Shown: in pieces, positions 1 to 9,745 of the stretch | Layout of the letters: each line of letters opens with the position of its first letter | How positions within the stretch are numbered: the first letter of the stretch is position 1 | From: an uncultured Rivularia sp. | Lineage (GTDB): Bacteria > Cyanobacteriota > Cyanobacteriia > Cyanobacteriales > Nostocaceae | Assembly: GCA_963665115.1 (NCBI GenBank) | Contig: OY762007.1 | Location: 8,512,001-8,576,000, forward strand | Direction: 5' to 3' | DNA: 64,000 nucleotides | The notes under the pieces: generated by a model | Told to the model about the DNA's origin: nothing | The model's input: only the letters and a program-made list of their open reading frames with translations | Database searches by the model: none | Position numbers and translations under genes: made by a program

Positions 1-2
1 CT

Positions 3-1604
3 TCGGGATGGTGGATAGAAGAAATTCAAAGCTACAAACAGATACTTTCCGAAACCGTACCGAATGCAACAGTTGTCAAAGAGTCGCGGGCTGCTTTGAT
101 GCACGCCAAAGAAAGCGGTATTTTTACGATTCAAGAATTAGAAAAATCTGTATTAGTAATTGATATCGGTTCTTCCACAACTGATTATACCTTAGTTAAG
201 GGAATGGCAGATACTCCTATTGATTTTGGACACGATTTAGGTGCATCGTTAATTGAAAAAGAAATTCTTAAAAAAACTCTAGAATTACATCGACAATATA
301 GAGAGAAACGCGAAGACATTTTACATTTAGGAAAACACCTTAACGAAGAAGAAATTTGGACTTTAGAAGAAATTGAAAAATTAGAAACAATTTTCAAACA
401 AAGTCCGATATATCGAAACCGTTGCGAGCTTCGCTGTCGTAAAGCCAAAGAAGAATATTTTAATTATCAAGATACTTATGAAGATGATTTTGTTAACGTT
501 GGCAGCGAAGATATTCAGCGAAAGTTTAAATTTTCACCTTTGGTAAACGGGAAAATTCTGAACGCAATTCTTAATCAGCCTTTACAGCAATTAGATAATA
601 AAAGCTGGCGCGATGACTTCGGCAATCAGTTGAAAATAGTCAAACGCAAATTAGAAGAACAATCTATCGTACCAAGTGCAATTTTACTAACTGGTAGCGC
701 TTCAAAAATGGGTTTTGTTGTGGAAATGAGTCAAGAAATATTTCCCAACTTACCTAGTAAACGCGACGGTGAACCAGAATTATGCATTGCCAGGGGATTA
801 GCTCGTTGGGGAAGGGTGTATATTCGTACATCCGGTTTTATGGATGAAATTAGCAAATTTTTGGATAACGAATTGACGGGAATTGTTGGAAATCACGTTC
901 CCGCATTTTTAGATAAATTAGCAGAAGAATTAGCCAACGGTTTGGTAGAAGAAGTTGTAAAACCCTGCGTTAAATCTTGGAGAAATCGAGAAATTTTAAC
1001 GTTAAAAGCTTTAGAATTGGAAATTGAGAATAAAGCTAAAACTTGGTTAACGGGAAGCGATGGTAATGGTAAAGTCACCAAATGTTTATTAGCATGGTTG
1101 GGAAACGTGCAGGATGAAGTTAGAGAAAAAACTGATTCTATCTGTAGTAAATATGGTTTACCTTTAGGTACTTTTGGTAGTAAAACAATCGATCTTGGAG
1201 ATCATACCGGGAAAGTTCCTACATCCATTTCATTTGACGACTTGAGTGGACTTTCCGTATTTGTCGGACACCTTGTTGCAATTATAGTTGGTGTTGTCAT
1301 CGCCAGTTTATTCCACGTGATACTTTTTGCTGGAATAATTGCTCCAATTATCGGAATTGTTGCTTACTTCGCCGGTGAATCATTAGTTAAAGAAACAGAT
1401 ATTCCCGGTTTTGTACGTAAATTTGTTTCTGATAGTAGAATTAACGATTTAGCGGTTAAGAAAAAACCAGAATTGCAGCAGAAAATCTACGAAACATTAA
1501 CAAAAGATCCAACAATTGCGATTAAGTTGGGTAAATCAATTAGTGAATGGTTGAAAGAAACCGTGCAGGAACAAGCCGATAGAGCGCGGTTGTTGATTGC
1601 TTGA
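3..1604 (+). CDS. Hsp70/actin-fold ATPase-like protein with C-terminal hydrophobic segment (5' end outside window)
   Basis: Frame open from base 3 (SGWW..ESRAALM); VIDIGSSTTD phosphate-2 motif, LLTGSASKM adenosine motif, hydrophobic C-terminal helices. Confidence 0.7.
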   Translation, partial: SGWWIEEIQSYKQILSETVPNATVVKESRAALMHAKESGIFTIQELEKSVLVIDIGSSTTDYTLVKGMADTPIDFGHDLGASLIEKEILKKTLELHRQYREKREDILHLGKHLNEEEIWTLEEIEKLETIFKQSPIYRNRCELRCRKAKEEYFNYQDTYEDDFVNVGSEDIQRKFKFSPLVNGKILNAILNQPLQQLDNKSWRDDFGNQLKIVKRKLEEQSIVPSAILLTGSASKMGFVVEMSQEIFPNLPSKRDGEPELCIARGLARWGRVYIRTSGFMDEISKFLDNELTGIVGNHVPAFLDKLAEELANGLVEEVVKPCVKSWRNREILTLKALELEIENKAKTWLTGSDGNGKVTKCLLAWLGNVQDEVREKTDSICSKYGLPLGTFGSKTIDLGDHTGKVPTSISFDDLSGLSVFVGHLVAIIVGVVIASLFHVILFAGIIAPIIGIVAYFAGESLVKETDIPGFVRKFVSDSRINDLAVKKKPELQQKIYETLTKDPTIAIKLGKSISEWLKETVQEQADRARLLIA

Positions 1605-1679
1605 TTTTAAGGTGGTAGATACGGGGAACTTTTCAATGTTATATAATAGATATCATAAATATTTTTTTGGCGAGAGAAA

Positions 1680-2006
1680 ATGAGAATTAATACTCTGCAC
1701 TTTGCCTCTTTCTTTTGTATCTATGGAACCTTCGCATCAGTAATTATTGGTGCAATGGGTACAGCTTTTGCAGAAACTACTCCACCAATGCCTAATCAAT
1801 CGGTATTAAATGGTTTGTATTCACCAACAGCCTCTGAGAGATTTTTTGAAGAAGGAAAACGCAAGATAGAAAGAGAAAGACGAATTTTAATTAATCCAGA
1901 AATTTATCGGCGCGAAGGTATTCTTAAGAACAATATAGTTAACAATAGAATCGAACAACTAGAGGAAACAAATCCAATTCTTAATTTTCCTAAAGATATG
2001 CAGTAA
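1680..2006 (+). CDS. Hypothetical exported protein
   Basis: 108-aa ORF with signal-peptide-like N-terminus ending AFA-E. Confidence 0.65.
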   Translation: MRINTLHFASFFCIYGTFASVIIGAMGTAFAETTPPMPNQSVLNGLYSPTASERFFEEGKRKIERERRILINPEIYRREGILKNNIVNNRIEQLEETNPILNFPKDMQ

Positions 2007-2307
2007 GAATTAAATTTTGATCTATTGTTCCGGCATATTAAATTTGAAAGGTACTAATTTAGTCCTATTTATAGGACTTTCGCTATGAGCCAGGGAATTG
2101 CATTCCCTGGCGGATTCGCTACACACCGCACAGAATTCATGTAGCGAACGAAATAGTAGTACTCCACCACATAAGTTATCAGGGGTAATCAAAATGTAGT
2201 GGGAGCGTCTCGCTCCCTCGTGACAACCAGCGAGCTTTCCGGCTCGCACTCCCGGATACCCGCACAATTAATGTAGCGAAATAGTAGGCTGCTACAAGTT
2301 AATTCAT

Positions 2308-2802
2308 TCAAGCTTCAACAAACTTCAAAGCCACCCCATTCATACAGTAGCGTTTGCCAGTAGGTTTGGGGCCATCGTTAAATACATGACCTAAATGTCC
2401 GCCGCAACTATGGCAATGAACTTCAGTACGTCTGATAAAAAACGAATTATCCGCCGACGTATCAGTTGCTCCCGGAATGGCAGCATAAAAACTAGGCCAA
2501 CCCGTACCGCTGTCGAATTTAGTTTCAGATTTAAACAGCGGTAAGTCACACCCAGCACAGATATAAGTACCCTTCGCATATTGTTTATCGAGCGAACTGC
2601 TGCGAGCGCGTTCGGTTCCATGTTCGCGCAACACGTAAAACTGGGCAGGTGTCAAAATTTCACGCCATTGTTCTTCAGTTTTAGTAATATCAAACTCACT
2701 AGAAGCAGTTGCTACAACTTGTGACTTACCAATTAAATATTGCGATAACCATGCCGTACCTAATATTACTCCTCCAGCTTCTAAAAAATATCTTCTTTTC
2801 AT
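2308..2802 (-). CDS. msrB: Peptide-methionine (R)-S-oxide reductase with Tat-like signal peptide
   Basis: MKRRYFL Tat-like motif; [31 protein letters not shown]. Confidence 0.95.
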   Translation of the reverse strand: MKRRYFLEAGGVILGTAWLSQYLIGKSQVVATASSEFDITKTEEQWREILTPAQFYVLREHGTERARSSSLDKQYAKGTYICAGCDLPLFKSETKFDSGTGWPSFYAAIPGATDTSADNSFFIRRTEVHCHSCGGHLGHVFNDGPKPTGKRYCMNGVALKFVEA

Positions 2803-2960
2803 AACGTCGGATTGCTTTTGTTTTCAGAGTTAACCCAATACCAGTGTAAGCACTATCGCGCTCGTCTTACCCAAGTAAATAATTAAAATCAGATAAGAAT
2901 TATGCAGCTAAACTCTAAACTATAACACCATATAATTAACTAAAATTCCGGTCTCAACTC

Positions 2961-3536
2961 ATGCTCAACCTTACCGTTACCATTCCTCAAGCCTTCAAAG
3001 TCACTCACGAACAATTTAAAGAATTAGCAAGTGCCAATCGCGATCTAAGATTAGAACGAACCGAAAAAGGAGAATTAATCATAATGGCTCCAACAGGAAG
3101 CGAAACGGGAAAAAGAAACACTGATATTATTGGACAATTATGGTTTTGGAATCGCAAAACAAAATTAGGAGTAGTATTTGATTCATCTACAGGATTTCAT
3201 TTACCTAACAGTGCAGATCGTTCTCCAGATGCGTCTTGGATAAAGTTGTCACGTTGGGAAGCATTGACAGCGGAAGAACAAAAGGGTTTTGCTCCTATAT
3301 GTCCCGATTTTGTTGTGGAATTACGCTCTGCTTCCGATAATATGAAGCCTTTACGAGAAAAGATGCAGGAATATATTCAAAATGGAGCAAAATTGGGCTG
3401 GTTAATTGACCGTAAGAATCGCAAAGTAGAAGTATACAGACAAGGTTTTGATGTCGAAATATTAGATAATCCCGCTTCTTTATCGGGTGAGGATATATTA
3501 CCAGGATTTGTTTTAGATTTAGCTGAAGTTTGGTAG
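2961..3536 (+). CDS. Uma2 family (PD-(D/E)XK) endonuclease-like protein
   Basis: RSPDASW, PDFVVELRS, GAKLGWLID, LPGFVL motifs. Confidence 0.9.
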   Translation: MLNLTVTIPQAFKVTHEQFKELASANRDLRLERTEKGELIIMAPTGSETGKRNTDIIGQLWFWNRKTKLGVVFDSSTGFHLPNSADRSPDASWIKLSRWEALTAEEQKGFAPICPDFVVELRSASDNMKPLREKMQEYIQNGAKLGWLIDRKNRKVEVYRQGFDVEILDNPASLSGEDILPGFVLDLAEVW

Positions 3537-3700
3537 TTTTGTATCTCTTCAGTTAATAATATTCGATACATATAAAATATTACCCTAATGGGTACTGCAT
3601 AATGAAGTTTTTTGTAACATACTTAATATATAAGCGATCAAAGCTTGATTTGAATAGCTGTTAAAAACTATCAATTAAACTCGATAAAAGGTAATTTATT

Positions 3701-5197
3701 ATGTCTAGACTTCATGGATTCAGTTCTCGTAATGGTGAGAGTCAACCTTTAGGTGAATTTGCACAAACTGGTAAATTCGGAAGGATGTTTCCTCGATTGC
3801 GTCCTTTTACACCCTCGGCGGAAAGTTTGACTGAGTTGGGTAATGCAATGAATGATATAGATTCCAACTCTACTGAGGGTGATAATAAAAATGTACCCGC
3901 AGGTTATACCTATTTAGGTCAGTTTATCGACCACGATATTACTTTTGATACTACTGCTTTACAGGAAGTTTTAGTCGATCCATTAGCGGTGAGAAACTTT
4001 CGTACTCCACGATTAGATTTGGATAGCGTCTATGGTGGTGGCCCGAAAACTCAAAGATATCTATACCAAGTGGGTGACAACGATTTATTCTTGATTGGGA
4101 AAACAAATAGGGAACCCGGAGGTGGAGATAGTTCTATTCCTACAGAATTACCCAACGATCTTCCTCGTGCTTCTAGTAAACTTGCGATTGTCGGAGATCC
4201 TCGCAACGATGAAAATTTGATTGTTGCTCAAACACATTTAGCTTTTCTCAAGTTTCACAACAAGATAGTTAAGGGTATTAAAGATGGTACTATCCAGCCG
4301 ATAAGTTCTACCGATAAGTCTGTTTTTGAGCAGGCTAGAGAGTTAGTTCTTTGGCACTATCAGTGGATTGTATTAAACGACTTTTTAACTCGAATTATCG
4401 ATGTAGCACAGCTAGAAGTTGCATTGCATAAGGGTAGACGCTTCTTTAGATTTAGAGAAGAACCATTTATTCCCGTAGAGTTTTCCGTTGCTGCTTACCG
4501 TCTCGGTCACAGTATGGTGCGTGCTGATTACGACTTCAATCGGGTTTTCACTCCTCGCCCCGGTGGAGTTACTCCTGCAACTTTACAACTACTGTTTCAA
4601 TTCACTGCTGAATCAGGAAACTTAGTTCCTATCCCCAGTGACTGGATTATCGATTGGAGAAGGTTCTATGAAATAGATGCGAATGTACCAGTTAACTTTA
4701 GTCGCAAACTAGATCCATTCTTGGTTGAGCCTCTGAAAATGATACCCAATATTCCCGAACCTCGTTCTCTCGCTGTAAGAAATCTACTTAGAAGCCGCAG
4801 CCTTGGTTTACCATCAGGTCAAAGTGTAGCTAGATTGATGAGATTTAAGCCTTTGACTAAAGCAGAAATCTCTACCGGAGCAGATGGAATAGTTGCTGAA
4901 AAACACAATTTTCACATAGAATCTCCACTGTGGTACTACATCCTTAAAGAAGCCCAAATTCAACAGGAAGGAAATCGTTTGGGACAGGTAGGAAGCCGTA
5001 TTTTAGCCGAAGTATTTGTCGGACTTCTCAAAGCTGATAGCAGTTCTTTCTTAGCTTGTCATCCTGATTGGCAACCAACATTACCTGCTCAAAATCCTGG
5101 AACCTTCACCATGAGCGACTTATTAAACTTTGTCGGAGAACTTAATCCAATTGGCGAACGCACTGCTAATATTTCTTCACCTGTAGCTGTTGGTTAG
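3701..5197 (+). CDS. Heme peroxidase (peroxidase-cyclooxygenase superfamily)
   Basis: GQFIDHDI distal His, GDPRNDEN, AAYRLGHSMV proximal His, PLWYYILKEA. Confidence 0.9.
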   Translation: MSRLHGFSSRNGESQPLGEFAQTGKFGRMFPRLRPFTPSAESLTELGNAMNDIDSNSTEGDNKNVPAGYTYLGQFIDHDITFDTTALQEVLVDPLAVRNFRTPRLDLDSVYGGGPKTQRYLYQVGDNDLFLIGKTNREPGGGDSSIPTELPNDLPRASSKLAIVGDPRNDENLIVAQTHLAFLKFHNKIVKGIKDGTIQPISSTDKSVFEQARELVLWHYQWIVLNDFLTRIIDVAQLEVALHKGRRFFRFREEPFIPVEFSVAAYRLGHSMVRADYDFNRVFTPRPGGVTPATLQLLFQFTAESGNLVPIPSDWIIDWRRFYEIDANVPVNFSRKLDPFLVEPLKMIPNIPEPRSLAVRNLLRSRSLGLPSGQSVARLMRFKPLTKAEISTGADGIVAEKHNFHIESPLWYYILKEAQIQQEGNRLGQVGSRILAEVFVGLLKADSSSFLACHPDWQPTLPAQNPGTFTMSDLLNFVGELNPIGERTANISSPVAVG

Positions 5198-5330
5198 GAA
5201 AATAAAGCAACTATTGATTGTGACAAATTATTTTGTAGAGACGTGAAATTTCACGTCTCTATATTTAACGGGATAACACAAAATTCGAAGAACGAAAGTG
5301 AACCCCAATTACCGTAAAATTAATTAAGAA

Positions 5331-5744
5331 TCAACCAACTTCGGGCTTAAACTCTAACGAAACACCATTCATACAGTAGCGCTGTCCGGTAGGTTTCGGG
5401 CCATCACCAAATACATGACCCAAATGTCCACCGCAGTTACTGCAATGAACTTCAGTTCTAGTCATGAACAACTTTTTATCAACCGATGTCTCAACTGCAT
5501 CATCCATAGGTGCGTAGAAACTAGGCCAGCCAGTACCGCTATTAAACTTAGTTTCCGAAGTAAAAAGAGGTTGCCCGCAAGCTGCACATACGTAAGTTCC
5601 TTGGTCATAAGTTTTATCCAAAGGACTCGTACCAGCAGGTTCAGTACCGTGCTTCCGCAACACCTTAAACTGTTCTGGTGTCAACTCTTGCTTCCACTCA
5701 TCTTCAGATTTATTAACTTTGAATTCACTATTTGAAATTGTCAT
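5331..5744 (-). CDS. msrB: Peptide-methionine (R)-S-oxide reductase, cytoplasmic
   Basis: [27 protein letters not shown]; no signal peptide. Confidence 0.95.
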   Translation of the reverse strand: MTISNSEFKVNKSEDEWKQELTPEQFKVLRKHGTEPAGTSPLDKTYDQGTYVCAACGQPLFTSETKFNSGTGWPSFYAPMDDAVETSVDKKLFMTRTEVHCSNCGGHLGHVFGDGPKPTGQRYCMNGVSLEFKPEVG

Positions 5745-5819
5745 AATTACCGAAATTCCGAAATAAATAACCTAATAATTATATTTAACCGCAATAATTT
5801 GTAACAAAACACTATCTCA

Positions 5820-6022
5820 GGTAAGGAAGAGGGGGGAAGATGGGGTAGAGTTAGGAGTTATAAGTTAGGAGTTAGGAGTTAGGAGTTATTTGATTTTAAC
5901 AACGGATGCTTTTGTGCAGGGATATTTGATTTGAAGTTGAAAGTTAACATTTAATATTTTTTCTCCCCCCTCTCCCCCTCTACCCCCTCTCCCCCCTCTC
6001 CCCCCTCTCCATACCCAATTCC
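5820..6022. repeat. STRR heptamer runs (TTAGGAG)n and purine-rich GGGGAGA-type repeats
   Basis: gagttaggagttataagttaggagttaggagttaggag; ctccccctctcccc runs. Confidence 0.85.
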
Positions 6023-6313
6023 CTATTCCCCGCTCATAATTTTCGGTACTTTGAAATATTCTCCTTCTTGTTCTGGGGCACTTTGGAGGATTTCTTCTCT
6101 ATTGGGGTAAGGCTGTAAATTGTCTTCGCGTGTCACATTGCTGACATCGATTGCTCGGGTTGTGGGTTCTACGTCGGTAACGTCTAATTCGCTCAATTGC
6201 TCGAAATAATCTAAAATATCGCCTAATTGAGTGGTGAATTGATCTTCTTCTTCCGCTGTTAATTCTAAACGGGCAAGATGAGCTACTTTACGTACTTGTT
6301 CGCGGTCAATCAT
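6023..6313 (-). CDS. gatC: Asp/Glu-tRNA amidotransferase subunit C
   Basis: VRKVAHLARLEL...APEQEGEYFKVPKI. Confidence 0.97.
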   Translation of the reverse strand: MIDREQVRKVAHLARLELTAEEEDQFTTQLGDILDYFEQLSELDVTDVEPTTRAIDVSNVTREDNLQPYPNREEILQSAPEQEGEYFKVPKIMSGE

Positions 6314-6596
6314 GGTTTTTGAACGATCAATGAAGAATTAAATATTCGATAGTTAATCATAAATCAATATAAGACAAACGGGTAAAATGTCCATACCACA
6401 AAAATCCTATAGACTCTTACGGTACAGGCATCTTGCCCGTTTTTAATATCTTAGACTAATTTATTTTTGCGATTAAAAGCGGCTTAGTATTCGATCGCAT
6501 TAATCTTGATGGGTTAACGCACTACGAATGTATTACTCCTCAGAACTAATGAGACAGACCACTAACAACTAACCACTAACAACTAACCACTAACCA

Positions 6597-7118
6597 CTAA
6601 AAATATACGTCAATTTGCGATCGCCCTGTAGTCTTGAGCCAGTTTTGCGCTTCGATGTAGTTATTGGGAGCCATGCGAACAGCTCGAATCCAGTAGTCGG
6701 CGGCTCGATCGAATAATGCTTCTCCCCCATCGCGATCGCCACCTTCTATGGCTTTTTCACCTTTGTAGTGAAAAATAACGGCGATGTTGTTTAAAGCTTG
6801 AGGTAAACGGGGATTATATTCTACTGCTTGGTGATATAGCTCCAGTGCTTTCTCATGGTCGCCGTTACTAGCGTAGATCAGCCCCATATTGTAGAGGATA
6901 TAGCTCTTATCGTTAGTATCTTCTTCTAGTTCTAAAGCTTCCTCATAGTTTTCCAAAGCTTCAGCATATTCACCGTCTGCTTGGGCTGACATTCCATCCC
7001 GATAATAAACAAAAGCTTCTTTGGCTCTTTTGTTCGCTGGCAGAAGCTTTAATATAAGGTCTGCCATTACTGTAAAGGACTTATCGATAAAATTATCGTT
7101 CTTTTGAGTTCTTGGCAT
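6597..7118 (-). CDS. ycf3: Photosystem I assembly protein Ycf3 (TPR)
   Basis: [48 protein letters not shown]. Confidence 0.98.
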   Translation of the reverse strand: MPRTQKNDNFIDKSFTVMADLILKLLPANKRAKEAFVYYRDGMSAQADGEYAEALENYEEALELEEDTNDKSYILYNMGLIYASNGDHEKALELYHQAVEYNPRLPQALNNIAVIFHYKGEKAIEGGDRDGGEALFDRAADYWIRAVRMAPNNYIEAQNWLKTTGRSQIDVYF

Positions 7119-7217
7119 ATCTGACAATAATTATGGTGGTAACTTTAACTACTAACTATTAACTGGTCACTGATAACTGTTAACTGTTAACTGTTAATAG
7201 CTAATTTAACCAAAAAA

Positions 7218-7919
7218 TTACCCATTTTCTGTTAATTTTTCTCTCCCGAGGGGCGTAATGCACTCGGCACTGGTATGAAGCGGATTATTAACTTTTGTGC
7301 TGACTGCGGTCATTGTCATTTTCTCGGCTTCAAATGGATGTAGTAGTTCCTTTAGTAGTTCAGTTTTGTGTAGCTGCGGATCTAGCCATGTTTCATAATC
7401 CGACTGCTGGAGAATCACCGGCATTCTATGGTGAATTGGTTGTAATAATTCGTTCGCTTCTGTGGTAACAATTGTACAAGAAGTTATCTTTTCGTCTTCG
7501 GGAGATTGCCATTCTTCCCACAAGCCAGCAAAGGCGAAAGGCTGTTTATCTTCTAGTTGAAAATAATATGGCTGTTTTTTCGTTTCGACTTTCTTCCATT
7601 CGTAAAAGCCATCCGCAATTATTAAGCAGCGTCTGCGTTTAAAAGCAGAACGAAAAGAAGGTTTTTCTGCCAATGTTTCCGCTCTGGCATTGATCGTTCT
7701 CGCTGCCATCTTAGAATCTTTTGACCATGAAGGAATCAACCCCCAACGGAGCGATCGACATTCGCTTTTTTCGTTTTCGGGATTATATAAAACAGTCGCG
7801 ATGTTTTGCGTTGGTGCAATATTATATCGGGCTTCCCACTGACAGTTACTTGTATCCGAAATATCAAAAATTTCCTTTAACTTGTCAGGTTCTGCGATCA
7901 AAGTAAATCTTCCGCACAT
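7218..7919 (-). CDS. SOS response-associated peptidase (SRAP/YedK family)
   Basis: N-terminal MCGRF, RYNIAPTQ, INARAET, ADGFYEW, IHHRMPVIL. Confidence 0.95.
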   Translation of the reverse strand: MCGRFTLIAEPDKLKEIFDISDTSNCQWEARYNIAPTQNIATVLYNPENEKSECRSLRWGLIPSWSKDSKMAARTINARAETLAEKPSFRSAFKRRRCLIIADGFYEWKKVETKKQPYYFQLEDKQPFAFAGLWEEWQSPEDEKITSCTIVTTEANELLQPIHHRMPVILQQSDYETWLDPQLHKTELLKELLHPFEAEKMTMTAVSTKVNNPLHTSAECITPLGREKLTENG

Positions 7920-8413
7920 ATGACTGTCAACTCTTGATTCTATATGTCTATTTAAATACCTATGATAAATTATCTTTTTTACAAAATCGGAGAATAACTA
8001 CATAGATAAAATAATCCACCCAAAGGAGTAATTAAATATGTCAATTATTATATAAGGAGAGGAAAAAAGGAATAGGGAACAGGCAATATAGAATGTACTA
8101 TGCCGTTGTAAAACAGGCTTCGTTAACAAGAATCTATTTAGAGTTCTATATAGCTTGTAAAACGATACGTATTCCTCAAAAGAACGAGTTATAAATATGT
8201 CATCATCATTGGTATTTAAAAATTAACTAATATCCGTATATCCGTCAAACAATCATCAAAACATAACTTTTCTAGATCAAAAATATTTTTTATATAATTT
8301 TATACGCTATTATATATATTCTAAAAGTTTTATAATTTATGTTCTGTTTGTAAGGCAATCTATTGTAATTTAAGTCTTGACTGAATAATCATTCCACTTT
8401 TATATTTTTTAGC

Positions 8414-9025
8414 ATGGAAACGCTGCGTTTGTATGATTTCTTACCTTCGGGTAATGGCTACAAAATACGTTTGCTATTGACGCAAATTGGTATGCCATTT
8501 GAACGAATAGAGATAAATATATTAAAAGGAGAAAGTAGAGCCTCGGAATTTTTAAGCATAAATCCCAACGGTAAAATACCAGTTTTAGAAATTGAAGAGG
8601 GTAAATACTTAGCCGAGTCAAATGCAATATTAATGTATGTCAGCGAAGGAACAGAATTTCTTCCTTACGACCGTTTTTTTAAAGCAGAAGTATTGCAATG
8701 GTTATTTTTTGAACAATACAGCCACGAGCCATTTATAGCTACATCTAGATATTGGATTTCTATTTTAGGTAAAGCGGATGAATATAAACAAGCATTACAA
8801 GAAAAACACGAACGCGGTTACGCAGCACTTGAAGTAATGGAAACTCATTTAACCGAGAAAACTTTCTTTGTGGGAGAACGTTATACGATTGCCGATATTG
8901 CTTTATTCGCTTATACCCACGTTGCGGGTGAAGGAGGATTTGATTTAAGTAAATTCAAAGCAATTCAGGCTTGGATAGAAAGAATTAAAGCGCAGCCAAG
9001 ATTTATTGGTATTGATAAAAAGTGA
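8414..9025 (+). CDS. Glutathione S-transferase family protein
   Basis: SGNGYK, INPNGKIPVL, ESNAIL, TIADIALFAY. Confidence 0.92.
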   Translation: METLRLYDFLPSGNGYKIRLLLTQIGMPFERIEINILKGESRASEFLSINPNGKIPVLEIEEGKYLAESNAILMYVSEGTEFLPYDRFFKAEVLQWLFFEQYSHEPFIATSRYWISILGKADEYKQALQEKHERGYAALEVMETHLTEKTFFVGERYTIADIALFAYTHVAGEGGFDLSKFKAIQAWIERIKAQPRFIGIDKK

Positions 9026-9105
9026 GAGGATGGGGTTCGGGGGAGATGGGGAGACAAGTAGTAGAAAATTCATTCCTGAATTCTTAAACTCCTAACTCCT
9101 AACTC

Positions 9106-9546
9106 CTAACTTTTTTTCAACATAGTGACATGAAGTACGCCTGTCTTTTTTGACGGATATTCCCGGCTAACAACTTCAAAACCGAATTTACGATAAAAAT
9201 CAATTGCGGTAGTACGTGCTTCTAAAATAATTGCTTGCGCTTGTTCTGTTGTGGCTTTGTCAATTAAAGCTTGCATTATCGTTTTACCAAAACCTTTTTT
9301 CTGGTAACTTGGCTCAACTACCATCTGATGTATTTGATAGACTTTATTTTCTCCAGGTTTTAATATTCCGTAAGCAATCACTTTATCTGTATCATCTGTT
9401 TTAATAACCGCGTGGAAACAGATAGATTCGCAATAATAATATATTGTGGAAAATGGTAAATTATGCTCTGTAAAAAATAGTTTATATCTGAGTTTGCAAG
9501 CTTGGATATATTCGGGGCTGTTGATGTCGATAAATTTAAGCTGCAT
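9106..9546 (-). CDS. GNAT family N-acetyltransferase
   Basis: MVVEPSYQKKGFG motif A; AIDFYRKFGF. Confidence 0.9.
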   Translation of the reverse strand: MQLKFIDINSPEYIQACKLRYKLFFTEHNLPFSTIYYYCESICFHAVIKTDDTDKVIAYGILKPGENKVYQIHQMVVEPSYQKKGFGKTIMQALIDKATTEQAQAIILEARTTAIDFYRKFGFEVVSREYPSKKTGVLHVTMLKKS

Positions 9547-9745
9547 TTATTCACTTATCAATTATCAATTGAGATGGTCACAAAATTGTTAAAAAATAAT
9601 AGTAATACTCTACTACATAAATTGCCAAGGGTAATAAAGGTAAGTAGTAAGCGATTTATCACTCGGATTTGAGACTAAAGTTCTTACTACTAACCTTTCA
9701 TATTTAAAAGCAGTTCAATTTAAAATTTTAGATTTTGGACTATTT

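Noticed and set aside
2022..2267. 81-aa ORF
   Set aside because: Spans a cluster of SDR palindromes; no coding signature.
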